A DNA stretch of 64,000 nucleotides, from positions 1,408,001 to 1,472,000 of the forward strand of contig OZ242274.1 of NCBI GenBank assembly GCA_965207375.1, given 5' to 3'. This DNA comes from Nitrosopumilaceae archaeon (GTDB lineage: Archaea; Thermoproteota; Nitrososphaeria; Nitrososphaerales; Nitrosopumilaceae). Below, in pieces: positions 53,389 through 64,000 of the stretch. A program made the position numbers and the translations under genes. The notes beneath the pieces were generated by a model. It searched no databases. It saw only the letters and a program-made list of their open reading frames with translations, and was not told where the DNA came from. The first letter of the stretch is position 1. Each line of letters begins with the position of its first letter.

Positions 53389-53649
53389 ATGAACCAAGAA
53401 ATACAAGTGATTAAACCAAAGGTAACATTTGATTTTGATGTACCAGAATCTTACAAAACGGTAAAGGCCTTTACTTTACTGTCTGAAAAAGAATTGCAGA
53501 CATTTAGAGAAAAGGGTGCTGCTCTGATAATATCAGTAGATGGTAAATTCATACCGGTACTGTTACACTCAGATGTACCAACACAAGCAACAGCAGTTCG
53601 TGACACACAAGGAAACCTGTGGGGTATTCCTGCAGTAGCAGGTGGTTAA
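53389..53649 (+). CDS. Second small protein with ubiquitin/SAMP-like C-terminus
   Basis: AGGAGGT then ATG 53389; 86 aa ending IPAVAGG. Confidence 0.65.
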   Translation: MNQEIQVIKPKVTFDFDVPESYKTVKAFTLLSEKELQTFREKGAALIISVDGKFIPVLLHSDVPTQATAVRDTQGNLWGIPAVAGG

Positions 53650-53650
53650 A

Positions 53651-54265
53651 ATGGGATACACCCACTATTATCGCGTTTCAGCAGAGTTTGATGCAGACAA
53701 ATTTTTCAACGTAGCATCTGATTTTAAGAAAATGATAACACCACTCAAACATCTAGGTATATCACTAGGTGACGGTCATGGTGAAAATCATCCTATAATC
53801 ACGCCAAAGGAAATCTGCTTTAACGGCTTGAAAAACTGTGGTCATCAGAAACGACATATTGTGCTGCCATGGCCAGGTGAAAATGCAACAGGAGTTGCTA
53901 CACATGGCACAGATACCAAACTGGTAATAGGAAAAAATACATCATGGTTTGCAGGCCCTCAAATTGAAACTAGGGTATGTAACGGTGATTGCTCCTATGA
54001 GACGTTTTCTCTACAACAGAAATTTGAAAAAATGTACGATGAACAGAGCCCAGAAGCATCCGGTGGTCTATTCTTTGATTTCTGCAAAACAGCCTATAGA
54101 CCATATGACTTGGCAGTAAATACCTGTCTGGTTATAGCACAACATCATTTGGGTCCTGCCATTGAGATATCATCTGATGGAGACATGAATCATTGGGAGG
54201 AATCTATGCAACTTTGTAACCACTTTCTAGGGTTTGGTGCGGACTTTACATTGGGTGGCTCATAA
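53651..54265 (+). CDS. Mobile-element hypothetical protein
   Basis: MGYTHYY...FCKTAYRPYD. Confidence 0.7.
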   Translation: MGYTHYYRVSAEFDADKFFNVASDFKKMITPLKHLGISLGDGHGENHPIITPKEICFNGLKNCGHQKRHIVLPWPGENATGVATHGTDTKLVIGKNTSWFAGPQIETRVCNGDCSYETFSLQQKFEKMYDEQSPEASGGLFFDFCKTAYRPYDLAVNTCLVIAQHHLGPAIEISSDGDMNHWEESMQLCNHFLGFGADFTLGGS

Positions 54266-54753
54266 TGCCAAATTGGTGTTTTAGCAATATTACAATTTCA
54301 GGCACAAAGCAAAGCATCGATGCAATAGCTGCTATCAATCTTGATTTTGAAAAGATTCTTCCTACTCCAAAAGAACTGCTAAAATATAGCAGACACACTA
54401 TAGATGCAGAAATAGAAAAACACAACATTGCAAAATACGGGTTTGTTGACTGGTATGAATGGCGATTACATCACTGGGGTACAAAGTGGTCAGCAGACGT
54501 TCAAGGAGTTAGTAGAGAAGGTGACAAAATCATTCACATCAATATCGTTACCCCCTGGGGGTTACCATATGCAATGTTTAAAAAAATCACAAAAGACTAT
54601 GCCGATGTTACCCTAGAGGTAACTGATTGTGAAGAAGAATCAGGAGCGTTTGTAGGCAATTGCACCTTTAAACGGGGACGGTGTACAATAAACAACATAC
54701 ACGAACCCACAAAGAAGGAACTACGAGAACGTGGTATGTTGGATGAAGAATAA
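54265..54753 (+). CDS. YubB/DUF1281-like protein
   Basis: MPNWC.., WYEWRLHHWGTKW, TPWGLP. Confidence 0.8.
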   Translation: MPNWCFSNITISGTKQSIDAIAAINLDFEKILPTPKELLKYSRHTIDAEIEKHNIAKYGFVDWYEWRLHHWGTKWSADVQGVSREGDKIIHINIVTPWGLPYAMFKKITKDYADVTLEVTDCEEESGAFVGNCTFKRGRCTINNIHEPTKKELRERGMLDEE

Positions 54754-54831
54754 CAACAAAACATGATTGATTGTCTCAAACTCTAAAAACAATATCATTG
54801 TGGTTAACACCCCGATGATGGAGGTGGTACA

Positions 54832-55347
54832 ATGAAAAAAGAAAAAATCAAAAAGGCAGGAGAAGGTATTAAAAAACGAATAATCAAACGACAAAACATC
54901 ATCTATTTCACCCTGATTGGCATCGGTACATCATTTGCTGTTACAACTATATCAGGAACCAAGGATATGACAGGTGAAGCAATAGCCTTTATTATTACCG
55001 GCAGCATAGGTATTATCATGTCATGGACTACAACTGATATTGGTGAGAGTATTAAGGCTGTAATGCGAGAGGTTGGTAGAAATAATCAAAAGATATTGAA
55101 ATCTATAGCCAAATCACAAGATACCCTCGTGTCATGGACTACAACTGATATTGGTGGGAGTATAAGGCAGGAAATGCGGGAGATTAGCAGAGAAAATCAA
55201 ACTATATTGGAATCCCTTACCAAATCACAAGATAGGCTTGCCAAATCTCTTGATGAACTAAAAGAAATTTCCAAAGATGAATTTTCCAAGACACAGCAAG
55301 AAATTTCCAAAGTACATGATGATACAACAAAACTCCTGCAAAAATAG
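54832..55347 (+). CDS. Two-TM coiled-coil paralog 4 (divergent)
   Basis: IAFIITG..GIIMSWTTTD shared with the 44334 family. Confidence 0.75.
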   Translation: MKKEKIKKAGEGIKKRIIKRQNIIYFTLIGIGTSFAVTTISGTKDMTGEAIAFIITGSIGIIMSWTTTDIGESIKAVMREVGRNNQKILKSIAKSQDTLVSWTTTDIGGSIRQEMREISRENQTILESLTKSQDRLAKSLDELKEISKDEFSKTQQEISKVHDDTTKLLQK

Positions 55348-55374
55348 AATCTACAACCAAAGGAGGTAGATATA

Positions 55375-55893
55375 ATGACAGTTCAAAACTGTATAACTAA
55401 AGCCGCCCATAATCTGGGTGTAACATTAGAAGAACACACACCTACGGCCGTTACAGGCCTTATAAGCAAAATAAAACATGGGGGTCAAATGATTGAAAAA
55501 GGCCCATACAAATATGACGTACAGAGTGTAATGACTTTGGGTCATTTACCTGATACTGTACTTGTAGTATCACAGATGAGCGGTGGTGCAGTAACTGGGA
55601 CACAGTATTTCATAAACACCACATATTTGATTGCGCAAAACATGCGAAACGGTCAAAGTGATGCCGGATTGCGCAGAAGCAGGGGATTTTCCATAGATAA
55701 AAATGATCTTGATTCTCTGATAGAGACCCTGCAAAACATACGTGATGGCAAGTGTGGTCACTATTTTGTATGTGCCACCTGCACTGGAGGAAAATCAAAG
55801 ATTGTACTGCATCATAAACAAAATGCAAATGACCAAGAGATTTGTCCAAAAAGTACAGAACAGAGTTCAGGAAGCTCATTTGTGATAGAGTGA
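55375..55893 (+). CDS. Hypothetical protein
   Basis: 172 aa; AGGAGGT upstream. Confidence 0.65.
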   Translation: MTVQNCITKAAHNLGVTLEEHTPTAVTGLISKIKHGGQMIEKGPYKYDVQSVMTLGHLPDTVLVVSQMSGGAVTGTQYFINTTYLIAQNMRNGQSDAGLRRSRGFSIDKNDLDSLIETLQNIRDGKCGHYFVCATCTGGKSKIVLHHKQNANDQEICPKSTEQSSGSSFVIE

Positions 55894-55897
55894 TACC

Positions 55898-56560
55898 ATG
55901 AATCCTAACACGAAAATACTAGAGGAAAGAGAGGAGCTGCTGATAATTGATGACGGCAATGGTATAACCACCATTCCAAAATCTGATTATTACCTACTGC
56001 GAATCAAATACTATAACGGCAATAGAATATTTTACGACTGGGGCACAGATGATGCAACAGTAAAAGAAACATACAATGATGGAATATTCAACTGCTGGCT
56101 TGAAGGCAGACAGGTTCAGATAGCAGATGCAAGTGGTGTATCTAGTGCCATTTTAAATCAGAATGTCAAATCATACAAACAACTCTTTGAGAAATGGTTT
56201 GAGGTGACAGCCCAAGAGGCAGTCATAGACATGCTACTTGAAAAACACATCACCCGTGTAGCCAAGACCAAAGCCGGATACGAGATAGACGGAGTATTTA
56301 TGGTAAACAAACATGGTGTGTCACATTGTATAGAAAACGAAAAGTGGAGACACTTGTGTCTTGTTGCAGTAAGCACACCTTCCATGAGTATAGTTGTCCG
56401 AAATCTGGGTCGCGTCAAAATAAACCCGATAACGTCAACCATAATGGCCAAGATAAACTTTCTGTTAAATCCAAACATGAAAGATAGAGTGTTTACCAGC
56501 CAGCTTACAGAACAATGCAAAAGACATCTCAAACATACGTATCAGGAGGTAAAACAATGA
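55898..56560 (+). CDS. Hypothetical protein
   Basis: 220 aa. Confidence 0.65.
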   Translation: MNPNTKILEEREELLIIDDGNGITTIPKSDYYLLRIKYYNGNRIFYDWGTDDATVKETYNDGIFNCWLEGRQVQIADASGVSSAILNQNVKSYKQLFEKWFEVTAQEAVIDMLLEKHITRVAKTKAGYEIDGVFMVNKHGVSHCIENEKWRHLCLVAVSTPSMSIVVRNLGRVKINPITSTIMAKINFLLNPNMKDRVFTSQLTEQCKRHLKHTYQEVKQ

Positions 56561-57394
56561 ACAAGACAAGAATCAAAAAGACAAAACCGCAAGAATTTAC
56601 CTTTGAGGATGAAACCAGAGACTGTACAGATATTGATGGTACACAAGAGCCGTATGATTGGACAGAGCAAGGCAGAGAAAATCACGCCCTGAAACCATGT
56701 AAAACTTGTAGAGACGAGACAATACAATGAAAACACAATATGTAATTACAGAAATGGATACATTGGAAAATAAAAAATGGTAAAATCACGTCTAGTTTAC
56801 AGTCTTGCCAAAGTTTCAAAATGTATTCAAAATGAAATCTACTATTTGGTATCTGTCAAGGCCAAGTCAATATGGAATGGCTGTGATACCTGATACAAGC
56901 AAGATGATTGGATAGACCCGCCCCGGATACTGGGCCAATCTATACTATACATGATGATATTACATTCATCTCTGGTTTTCATTGTGAAAAAACAGTACAA
57001 AAATGGTTTGACTGGCAATCTAGGAGGTAATTTCAATGGACATCAATGTAACAAACAGAGACATACAAAAAGCAATTGAGACAAAGGCCAAACTTGCAAC
57101 ACTGATATCAAGACACAACAAACTTGTCAGGCTTCAGTATCGCAGGGGCAATTCACAATGATCATCTATAGATGTAATTCTTGTGAATATATCTCCAGTC
57201 AATGGCGCAAGGCACAACACCATGTAAAACACACCAAACATTCTGGATTTTTTGAAGATGTTATCGGCAGTTAATGGAAAATACACAAATCAAAAAGAAA
57301 TTTGCAATGATGCAAAAAATCCAAAAAATGGGGAGGGGCCATATTTGGTCTATTTTGGCCCTTAAATACAAAAGTAATCACTGGAGATGATAAA

Positions 57395-57916
57395 ATGACC
57401 ATAACAACTATAGCACAAGCAAAAGCAAATCTAAAAGGAAGCATAGAGGCAACCGTAATACAAGAGACTCAGATCAAAGAGGGTCAAACAAACGGTAAAT
57501 CGTGGAAAAACAAACGCTACACATTACAGGATGATACCGATACGGTACAAATCACGTTATGGGGAAATGACGTTGACCTGTTAAAAATGAATTACAGATA
57601 CAAACTGACAGGCGGTTGGTGGAAGGAGTTTAGCGGTACAGTACAGTTAGATGCAGGCAAATATCTTAAAATCCAACAGATAGGTGCACCTGCAAATGAA
57701 GCCGTACAGAATATACCAGATATAAAAAACATATTTGCTGATTACTTTGAACCCAAAGTCAAGGGTATAATTGAGGCACAAACAGAAAATCTATACGCCA
57801 TACATTATGCCGTACTAGACAAACTAAAACAGTATGAGCAAGCTCCGGACCCACAACTAGTGCAATTGTTTACCCGAATTATTTACGGTAATCTTGAAGC
57901 TGCAAGACGAAAATAG
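57395..57916 (+). CDS. Single-stranded DNA-binding protein (RPA/SSB-type OB fold)
   Basis: LQDDTDTVQITLWG...WKEFSGTVQL. Confidence 0.8.
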   Translation: MTITTIAQAKANLKGSIEATVIQETQIKEGQTNGKSWKNKRYTLQDDTDTVQITLWGNDVDLLKMNYRYKLTGGWWKEFSGTVQLDAGKYLKIQQIGAPANEAVQNIPDIKNIFADYFEPKVKGIIEAQTENLYAIHYAVLDKLKQYEQAPDPQLVQLFTRIIYGNLEAARRK

Positions 57917-57937
57917 TTTTCCAAAAAGGAGGAGAAA

Positions 57938-58204
57938 ATGAAAAATACAGTAATGAAATTTGTCCATGTAAAATGTATGGACTGCCCGTATGATGACTAT
58001 ATCTGCATAGCACAACCAGGACATTTGGCAGTAGGCCAGATTATACATCTTGGAGAAAAATGCTACTGCGGTTCATATCGAGTACGGGTAATAGGACATG
58101 ATGGTTTAAAGGCAGTAGAACACAACTATGCCAAATGTGGACTGCCATTTGACCGTGAAGAATTTTTAGATAGCATAAAGTCACAGATGCTTGAAAACCA
58201 ATGA
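57938..58204 (+). CDS. Cys-rich small protein
   Basis: CMDC, CYCG; AGGAGG upstream. Confidence 0.55.
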   Translation: MKNTVMKFVHVKCMDCPYDDYICIAQPGHLAVGQIIHLGEKCYCGSYRVRVIGHDGLKAVEHNYAKCGLPFDREEFLDSIKSQMLENQ

Positions 58205-58815
58205 GTACAAGACGTATAGCAAGAAACATTGCAATAAGTGTGGTAATCATGGTCTGCTTTGTTATACTAGCACCTATAATCAGCACCCATGTCACACCTA
58301 CAGTATATGAACTTGTAGAAACAGGCATAAAAGAAATAGACAATACCGGCAGGAACATGACACCAGATGGAACAACACAGATATGGTATAACAGAGCTGA
58401 TGCAACTGAAATATCTGAATCAGTCTCTTCTACAAATCCTGACAAACCTAAATTTGGTAAAAGTACGGCAGGCAGTATAGGGCGTATTGTAGATGGTGAC
58501 ACACTAGATATCAACGGTCAAAGAATACGACTTGCACTAGTTAACACACCTGAACGTGGAGAAGCCGGATATGAAGAGGCAAAAATATACCTCAACGCAA
58601 AGTGTCCGGTTGGAAGCACGGCAATTTATGACCCAGATGATACACAAAAGCCGTCTTATGGCCGAATAGTTGCAAAGGTATGGTGTGTTCATTCAACTAG
58701 TGAAATATCTGTAAATGAGATGCTTGTATTATCCGGACATGCACAAATATTAGATTCATTTTGCAAACAAAGTGAATTTGGTAGAGAATCTTGGGCCCGC
58801 AGCAGCGGTTGCTAG
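58201..58815 (+). CDS. Thermonuclease (SNase) family, membrane-anchored
   Basis: IVDGDTL, IRLALVNTPE, YGRIVA, VNEMLVLSGHA. Confidence 0.9.
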   Translation: MSTRRIARNIAISVVIMVCFVILAPIISTHVTPTVYELVETGIKEIDNTGRNMTPDGTTQIWYNRADATEISESVSSTNPDKPKFGKSTAGSIGRIVDGDTLDINGQRIRLALVNTPERGEAGYEEAKIYLNAKCPVGSTAIYDPDDTQKPSYGRIVAKVWCVHSTSEISVNEMLVLSGHAQILDSFCKQSEFGRESWARSSGC

Positions 58816-58866
58816 ATTCAGGTAAACTATGGAATACAGAATTGTCCTAGATGGGATCACGATATA

Positions 58867-59202
58867 ATGGAATATCCAGACAAACTGAGTGATTCCCAAA
58901 AGCTGGTATTTGTCAAAACCATGTCAGAAAAAATGCATTACAAACTGTCTACAATGACAGTTGGTGACATTAAAAATTTCTGGAATAATACTGACAGTAA
59001 CATAAGAAAACTGTTACTGTATGTGTCACTTGACAAAAAGTTTGTAACGAAGCTCTGTCACAAACATGCCGATTCGCTCAAAGATTTAGTCAGAGATGTA
59101 ACTATACATGATTGGAATGATTCCAAGTATAAAGACGTCTTTGATCTAGATGAGATATTTGGCAAAATAGCGATACAAGACTGCGATTTACCGTACAGGT
59201 AA
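58867..59202 (+). CDS. Hypothetical protein
   Basis: 111 aa. Confidence 0.55.
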   Translation: MEYPDKLSDSQKLVFVKTMSEKMHYKLSTMTVGDIKNFWNNTDSNIRKLLLYVSLDKKFVTKLCHKHADSLKDLVRDVTIHDWNDSKYKDVFDLDEIFGKIAIQDCDLPYR

Positions 59203-59211
59203 GGAGGTATC

Positions 59212-60042
59212 ATGGCACACGAACTAGAAAAATCAAAATCAGCCAACGTAAACGAACAGCTGAAAAAAATAGTAGATGCATTCTCAACTGAGAAATTCCC
59301 AGAGGTCTTATCCACTACATACATCAAATCTATGGGCAAGCCAATTGAAAACTGGAGTTTTGGAAACAAGATGATTGCAATGTTTGAAGGTACTACAGAT
59401 GCTAGAACCTACAATCAATGGCACAAAGTAGGACGACATCCCAAAAAGGGTTCAAAGGCGTTTTACATTCTTGCACCAAATACGTACAGAAAAAAGGAGA
59501 TCAATGCAGAAACAGGTGCAGAAGATACTGTGACTGTAATGAAAGGGTTCAGGGGCATGCCAGTATTTAGATTCGAAGATACAGAAGGTGCGAGTCTTAA
59601 GGTATCAAAGGAGCCAAAATTGCCGCCCTTAATGGAGGTGGCAAAACACTTTGGTGCAGATGTAAGATTTGAGGCAAAAACTGACGGTGCCTATGGCTAT
59701 TTTGCACCGCGTACAGACAAGCCTCTGATTGTACTGTGTAGTGAAGACCCTACAATATTTTTCCACGAATTGACCCATCTGGTACACCATGTGTGCATAG
59801 AAAAACTAAAACCCGGACAGGACCAAGAACAAGAGACAGTAGCACAACTTTCTGCCTGTGTTCTAGGAGCAATGTACGGTATAGACAATATGGCATTTAG
59901 CTGGAACTATATTGCAAACTATGCAAAAACCAACAAACCCGAAGCCGTAGGTAGAGTATGTCTTAAGGTGCTATCTAAGGTACAAAAAATCCTAAAGATA
60001 ATTCTCGAATTTGAAGAAAAGTCAAAGGAGGCGATGTCATGA
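59212..60042 (+). CDS. ardC: ArdC-like ssDNA-binding anti-restriction protein
   Basis: WSFGN, TYNQWHKVGRHPKKGSKA, metallopeptidase FHELTH, ETVAQ. Confidence 0.8.
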   Translation: MAHELEKSKSANVNEQLKKIVDAFSTEKFPEVLSTTYIKSMGKPIENWSFGNKMIAMFEGTTDARTYNQWHKVGRHPKKGSKAFYILAPNTYRKKEINAETGAEDTVTVMKGFRGMPVFRFEDTEGASLKVSKEPKLPPLMEVAKHFGADVRFEAKTDGAYGYFAPRTDKPLIVLCSEDPTIFFHELTHLVHHVCIEKLKPGQDQEQETVAQLSACVLGAMYGIDNMAFSWNYIANYAKTNKPEAVGRVCLKVLSKVQKILKIILEFEEKSKEAMS

Positions 60043-60602
60043 AAACAAAAATTCCAAAAGAAATACCCAAAGTACAACACACTACGACTCAAATTCCAAA
60101 CGATGTTGCCTTAACATGTGCACAATGTGACAAAAGTTTGATAAAAGGAACAGAGCCCATCTATGTTATACAGACAGAAAACAAAGATATTTTCTATCTT
60201 TGCAAACCCTGTGTTCAAATATGTGCAGAGAGGGCAAATACATGAATGTCAAAGAAATCCTAAAACTGACACAAGAGGTAAAAATCAAACCTCGTGCGAC
60301 ACTTGAAGAGGCCGTTATTAATTTAACAATCCAAAATGAAACCTTGAAAAAAGCCTTGATTGAACTCCAACTAAAATTACAGGATTCAAAAAAATGGTTT
60401 AATGCAAAAGAGTTTTCTAATCTGGATGATGAATTGGAGAATGTCAAAGCATGACCTTTGATGAAATTATCGAAGACATTGATTGGAAACTACAGAATCT
60501 ACTAGAGACTCTAGACGGTGCAAAGTTCAAAGAGGAAATAGAAAAGGCAAGAGAGCAACTAGATACCATCTTGGTAAATATTCATTATGGTGACGAGATA
60601 CA

Positions 60603-60809
60603 ATGAGTCATAATTTATCCGGATGTAACGGCAACGCATTTGCAATAATGAGTAGAACGTCTAAACTGTTACGAGATGCAGGTGTATCAGAAAAAGAAAT
60701 TGATGATATTATACAGCAAGCAAAAAGCCGAGACTATGACAATCTGTTAAGGGTCTGCATTGTATCACTTGACAAACACCTGACAGGTGATTCAAAAAAT
60801 GCTAGTTAA
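60603..60809 (+). CDS. Small mobile-element hypothetical protein
   Basis: LSGCNGNAFAIM...DYDNLL. Confidence 0.65.
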   Translation: MSHNLSGCNGNAFAIMSRTSKLLRDAGVSEKEIDDIIQQAKSRDYDNLLRVCIVSLDKHLTGDSKNAS

Positions 60810-61788
60810 TTATACAAAATACTCTTTACTGTCGTAAATGTTCAAAACGACAGGAAAAGGGTATCTGGTGTCCACAATGCAACAGCCGTCTAAGAAATTC
60901 TAGGAGGTTTAAACGAGATGCCCAGTTACGATGATGAATCCTTGCATTCTCGATGCAAAAAGTGGTTTACACCAAAGCGCATGTGGTGTCCTGACTGTAA
61001 ATGTCGCTGTAGAAACGGACCTCGTGATAAATGGAAGAAACAAAAATTTGAGCAGAGAATGTCTCAAAACGACAAGCCAAAATGAGGCAGTAAAATCTGG
61101 AAAAATCAAAATGGAGGAGATATAATGACAAACCATAAAACAACACCAGTGATAACTCTTTGATTCGAGTACTTTCAAGGGAGCCTTTTCGCTCTTGTGG
61201 CAAAGATTATTTCAGAATAGGGGGCCATCTGATTGAGGCTGAATCAATGTCTGATTTGGCAATTAAATTAGATGATACAGATGATTATCCAAAATGCCCC
61301 GATTGTCATGGTAGTGTCATCTGGGCAGAAGCAGGAAATTCATCTGGTACTTGCATGTGCAAGGACTGTGACAGTTACTTTGCAGATTCGGCACATCATG
61401 CAAAAAAAGATAAACTATAATCACAAAGGAGGAAAAATGAACACACAATATCCAGACGAGATCCCAAATGATTGCACATTGTGGGAATCAGGTTGGGACA
61501 AAATAGTCATCATAGATGATGAAAATCTCTCAAACAAAGAAAAGATACAACACATCAAAAAGGCAGCAAAAGAATGTGGTGGTCAGATATATACACTGAC
61601 TGATTTTACAGATGAGACCGACAGCTACCTGTTTTCAAAAGGTATACGGTTTTCAAACCGACTCGATACATACATGGTAGTATACAGACACAACTACACA
61701 GTATGTCATGAATGCTAAAATTACATCCTGTCATGAACCCACAAGTAGAACAAACAATATCCATTATCGAATCTTTTTTTAAGTAGAT

Positions 61789-61935
61789 ATGGACATAAAG
61801 AACATGACAAATGCAGAAGAGATAGATGACTTGACTCTAGAGGAGATCAAGGCCATTGATGACTATTATGCAGACGATACAAACAAGATAGTATTCAATA
61901 CCGCGGAAGAACTTATCCGTTGGTTAAATGAGTGA
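61789..61935 (+). CDS. Short acidic antitoxin-like peptide
   Basis: Manual translation ...FNTAEELIRWLNE, overlapping the RelE-like start. Confidence 0.55.
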   Translation: MDIKNMTNAEEIDDLTLEEIKAIDDYYADDTNKIVFNTAEELIRWLNE

Positions 61936-62206
61936 CACATGAAAGTGGAGATTTAAAATCAAAACACAGTTCAAAAAACAATACAAACGCCTTGATGGTA
62001 CAATCCAGAAAAAAGCAAACCAAGCAATATTAGAGATTCGAAATTCAGAAAATCCAGTATATCTTGGAAAATACAAGCAAAGTAAAGGGGTATTCACATA
62101 CGAGATTGGAACCAAATATCGCATCATGTACAGTATAGACTGGAGTAATCACACCGTAGAAATTCTCTGTGTATGTGATCACAAATCAGTTTATGGTAAG
62201 GATTGA
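61928..62206 (+). pseudogene. RelE/ParE-family toxin with in-frame TGA at codon 5
   Basis: MSDT*KWRFKIKTQFKKQYKRL...KYRIMYSI...VCDHKSVYGKD. Confidence 0.7.
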
Positions 62207-62296
62207 GACTATCCTCTCTGATAAACCTAGACTGATTCAATCCCCGTTAATACCACGAGTAATTCGACACTGAAAAGTTATACTAGGAGGTAGAAA

Positions 62297-62707
62297 ATGA
62301 GCAAACTAGAAACTGACATTGAGGATCTCAGAACACAGGTCCTAACCATTGGAAAAACAATAGAAAAAGGTACAACACACAAACTCGAAAGGCCGTTTAT
62401 TGATAGTATCATATGTACCCTGCAATACTTTGGAGCAGATGATGCACAACTGAAAATGGCATCATTTGATCTGCACTTTGCAAAATACAAGATATACGAC
62501 TGGCTTGCAATGTGCTGTAACGGCCGAATGGGTGATGACCCTGCAGTACAGCTTGTCATATACAATATGGCAAAACTGTACATTACACAAAAAAATGTAG
62601 GAGGTTTTGCATGGTGGCTCCGTGGTCACGACCTAGACGTTGAGGCACCTGCAAGATGTCAAGACTGTATAGAATCATACAAAAACTGGAAGGAGGAGAT
62701 ACAATGA
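62297..62707 (+). CDS. Hypothetical protein
   Basis: 136 aa; AGGAGGT upstream. Confidence 0.65.
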   Translation: MSKLETDIEDLRTQVLTIGKTIEKGTTHKLERPFIDSIICTLQYFGADDAQLKMASFDLHFAKYKIYDWLAMCCNGRMGDDPAVQLVIYNMAKLYITQKNVGGFAWWLRGHDLDVEAPARCQDCIESYKNWKEEIQ

Positions 62708-64000
62708 GTGTAAAAATATCAAAACCCGTAATTAGAGAAGAAAAGGCATGCGAAACAGGCCTTGATGTATCATATGCAGAAAAGCTAAACCAGGCAGTGG
62801 GAACAGACGGACTTATCCCTGTACAACTCGAACAAGACGTCATTATCAGCAGGATTTCACATGACCTGTATGCCAATCCACAGTCAGGTGTAAGGGAATT
62901 ACTTGCAAATGAAATCAGGGCATGTCAGGAGACTGCATCAGAACATGACGCAAAACCACGTATCGAGGTATCTATAAACCATCAAAATCGAGAGTTTGTC
63001 ATACACGGTATAGATTCCAAGGGTATCGAGCAAGAAAGATTCCTAGAAGTTCTAGCAGTCCTTGGACGCAGTGACAACTTTGACCGTAGCAAGCCCGGAC
63101 AATTTGGCATGGGATTTGCCTCATATACCTGTCTGTCTGATATTGTTTTTATCGAGACATTTGCTAGAAACGGCGACAAGTACAGCGTCATGGGAAAGGG
63201 TGGCATGGGATTTCAAATCCTAGACAAGCCAGAGATGACACATTACGGAACAAAACTCCGCATGACTTTGAACAAAAAGGTCGACATTGATAAAATAACA
63301 AAAACCATAGAGGCATGTGCAACGTTACACGGTATACCTACAACACTAAACGTGACAGAAACATCTGGAATCACAAGATGTGTTGTTATACAACAAAGGA
63401 AACTAGAGGACTTTGTAAATACCCAAACTACCACAAACTCTGAGAGAAAACATCGTACACATCATGCAGTAACACTTGAAAACGAAAACATCGCAGCCTG
63501 TATGCGGTTTTCAAAGCATGGTCATTATGGTACACCAAAGATACATACATTTCTAGCAGGTATGCCAATAGAATTTACCTACACTGGTAAACATGGTGGC
63601 ATCGTTGAATTGGCAATCAACGTCAAAAGAGAGGATATTTTTACACCAACACCAGACAGAGAAAGATTCACAGAAGAATCATCAAGCCTGATAAGAAAAG
63701 AGTTAGATGGATTAGTAGATGCAAAAATCTCTGAAATAAAGGTAAAAGGGATTTCAGAGTATATTGAAAATCCAGAGACCATATTGATTGATGGTGCAGG
63801 TGGAAACATTGAGATTGATGAACAAACACTAGACATCTCAAGACTAGTCAATCGGAGCCGTCATACAAATGAGCGTGATAACTGGATACGTCTAAACGAC
63901 ATAAAAGACATACAAAAGTGCCTTGTCACAAAGTCACTTACAGCAAAAAAGATAGCAGCAGTCAGAAACTATGATTCTGAAATTAACGTAGTTAGAGCAG
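62704..64000 (+). CDS. GHKL (Hsp90/rIIA-like) ATPase, runs off window
   Basis: Manual translation LYANPQSGVRELLANE, DSKGI, GQFGMGFAS. Confidence 0.8.
   Translation, partial: MSVKISKPVIREEKACETGLDVSYAEKLNQAVGTDGLIPVQLEQDVIISRISHDLYANPQSGVRELLANEIRACQETASEHDAKPRIEVSINHQNREFVIHGIDSKGIEQERFLEVLAVLGRSDNFDRSKPGQFGMGFASYTCLSDIVFIETFARNGDKYSVMGKGGMGFQILDKPEMTHYGTKLRMTLNKKVDIDKITKTIEACATLHGIPTTLNVTETSGITRCVVIQQRKLEDFVNTQTTTNSERKHRTHHAVTLENENIAACMRFSKHGHYGTPKIHTFLAGMPIEFTYTGKHGGIVELAINVKREDIFTPTPDRERFTEESSSLIRKELDGLVDAKISEIKVKGISEYIENPETILIDGAGGNIEIDEQTLDISRLVNRSRHTNERDNWIRLNDIKDIQKCLVTKSLTAKKIAAVRNYDSEINVVRA

Noticed and set aside
56778-57030. Structured ncRNA
   Set aside because: Stems are short and the region reads like a decayed ORF
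61940-61942. Recoded TGA (Sec or alternative code) in the RelE-like gene
   Set aside because: TGA is a normal stop throughout; TGG>TGA inactivation of a toxin is simpler
62704-64000. Provirus interpretation of the right-hand region
   Set aside because: No capsid, portal or terminase genes recognised; conjugation and partition genes fit an ICE or plasmid better

Overview
AT-rich archaeal DNA, most likely from a Nitrosopumilaceae/thaumarchaeal genome (CFI-box-CTERM protein, archaeal-type gltX fragment, TFB paralog, class III pilins). It reads as a large conjugative/integrative element in three zones. (1) 1-14 kb and 23.7-31.4 kb: transfer and maintenance genes (TadC-like platform, VirD4-like ATPase, two pilins, prepilin peptidase, TFB paralog, ParB-like, actin/ParM-like ATPase). 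(2) 14-41 kb: IS-riddled cargo (IS5-, ISH3-, IS66-like and rve remnants, a MITE, toxin-antitoxin/defence-like pairs, two secreted paralogs with 5' poly-C tracts, two atypical tRNA genes). (3) 42-64 kb: co-oriented 'leading-region'-like run of small genes (ArdC, SSB, thermonuclease, YubB-like, GHKL ATPase, two proteins ending IPAVAGG). The standout is non-coding RNA at the start of zone 3: a tandem array of 7 box C/D guide-RNA units with near-constant flanks and variable guides (42206-43784; no Nop/Tas protein in the window), five copies of an unrecognised covarying pseudoknotted RNA motif (43975-48487), and a hammerhead ribozyme with a three-hairpin stem II (50274-50396). All family calls come from motif recognition by eye; no searches were run.
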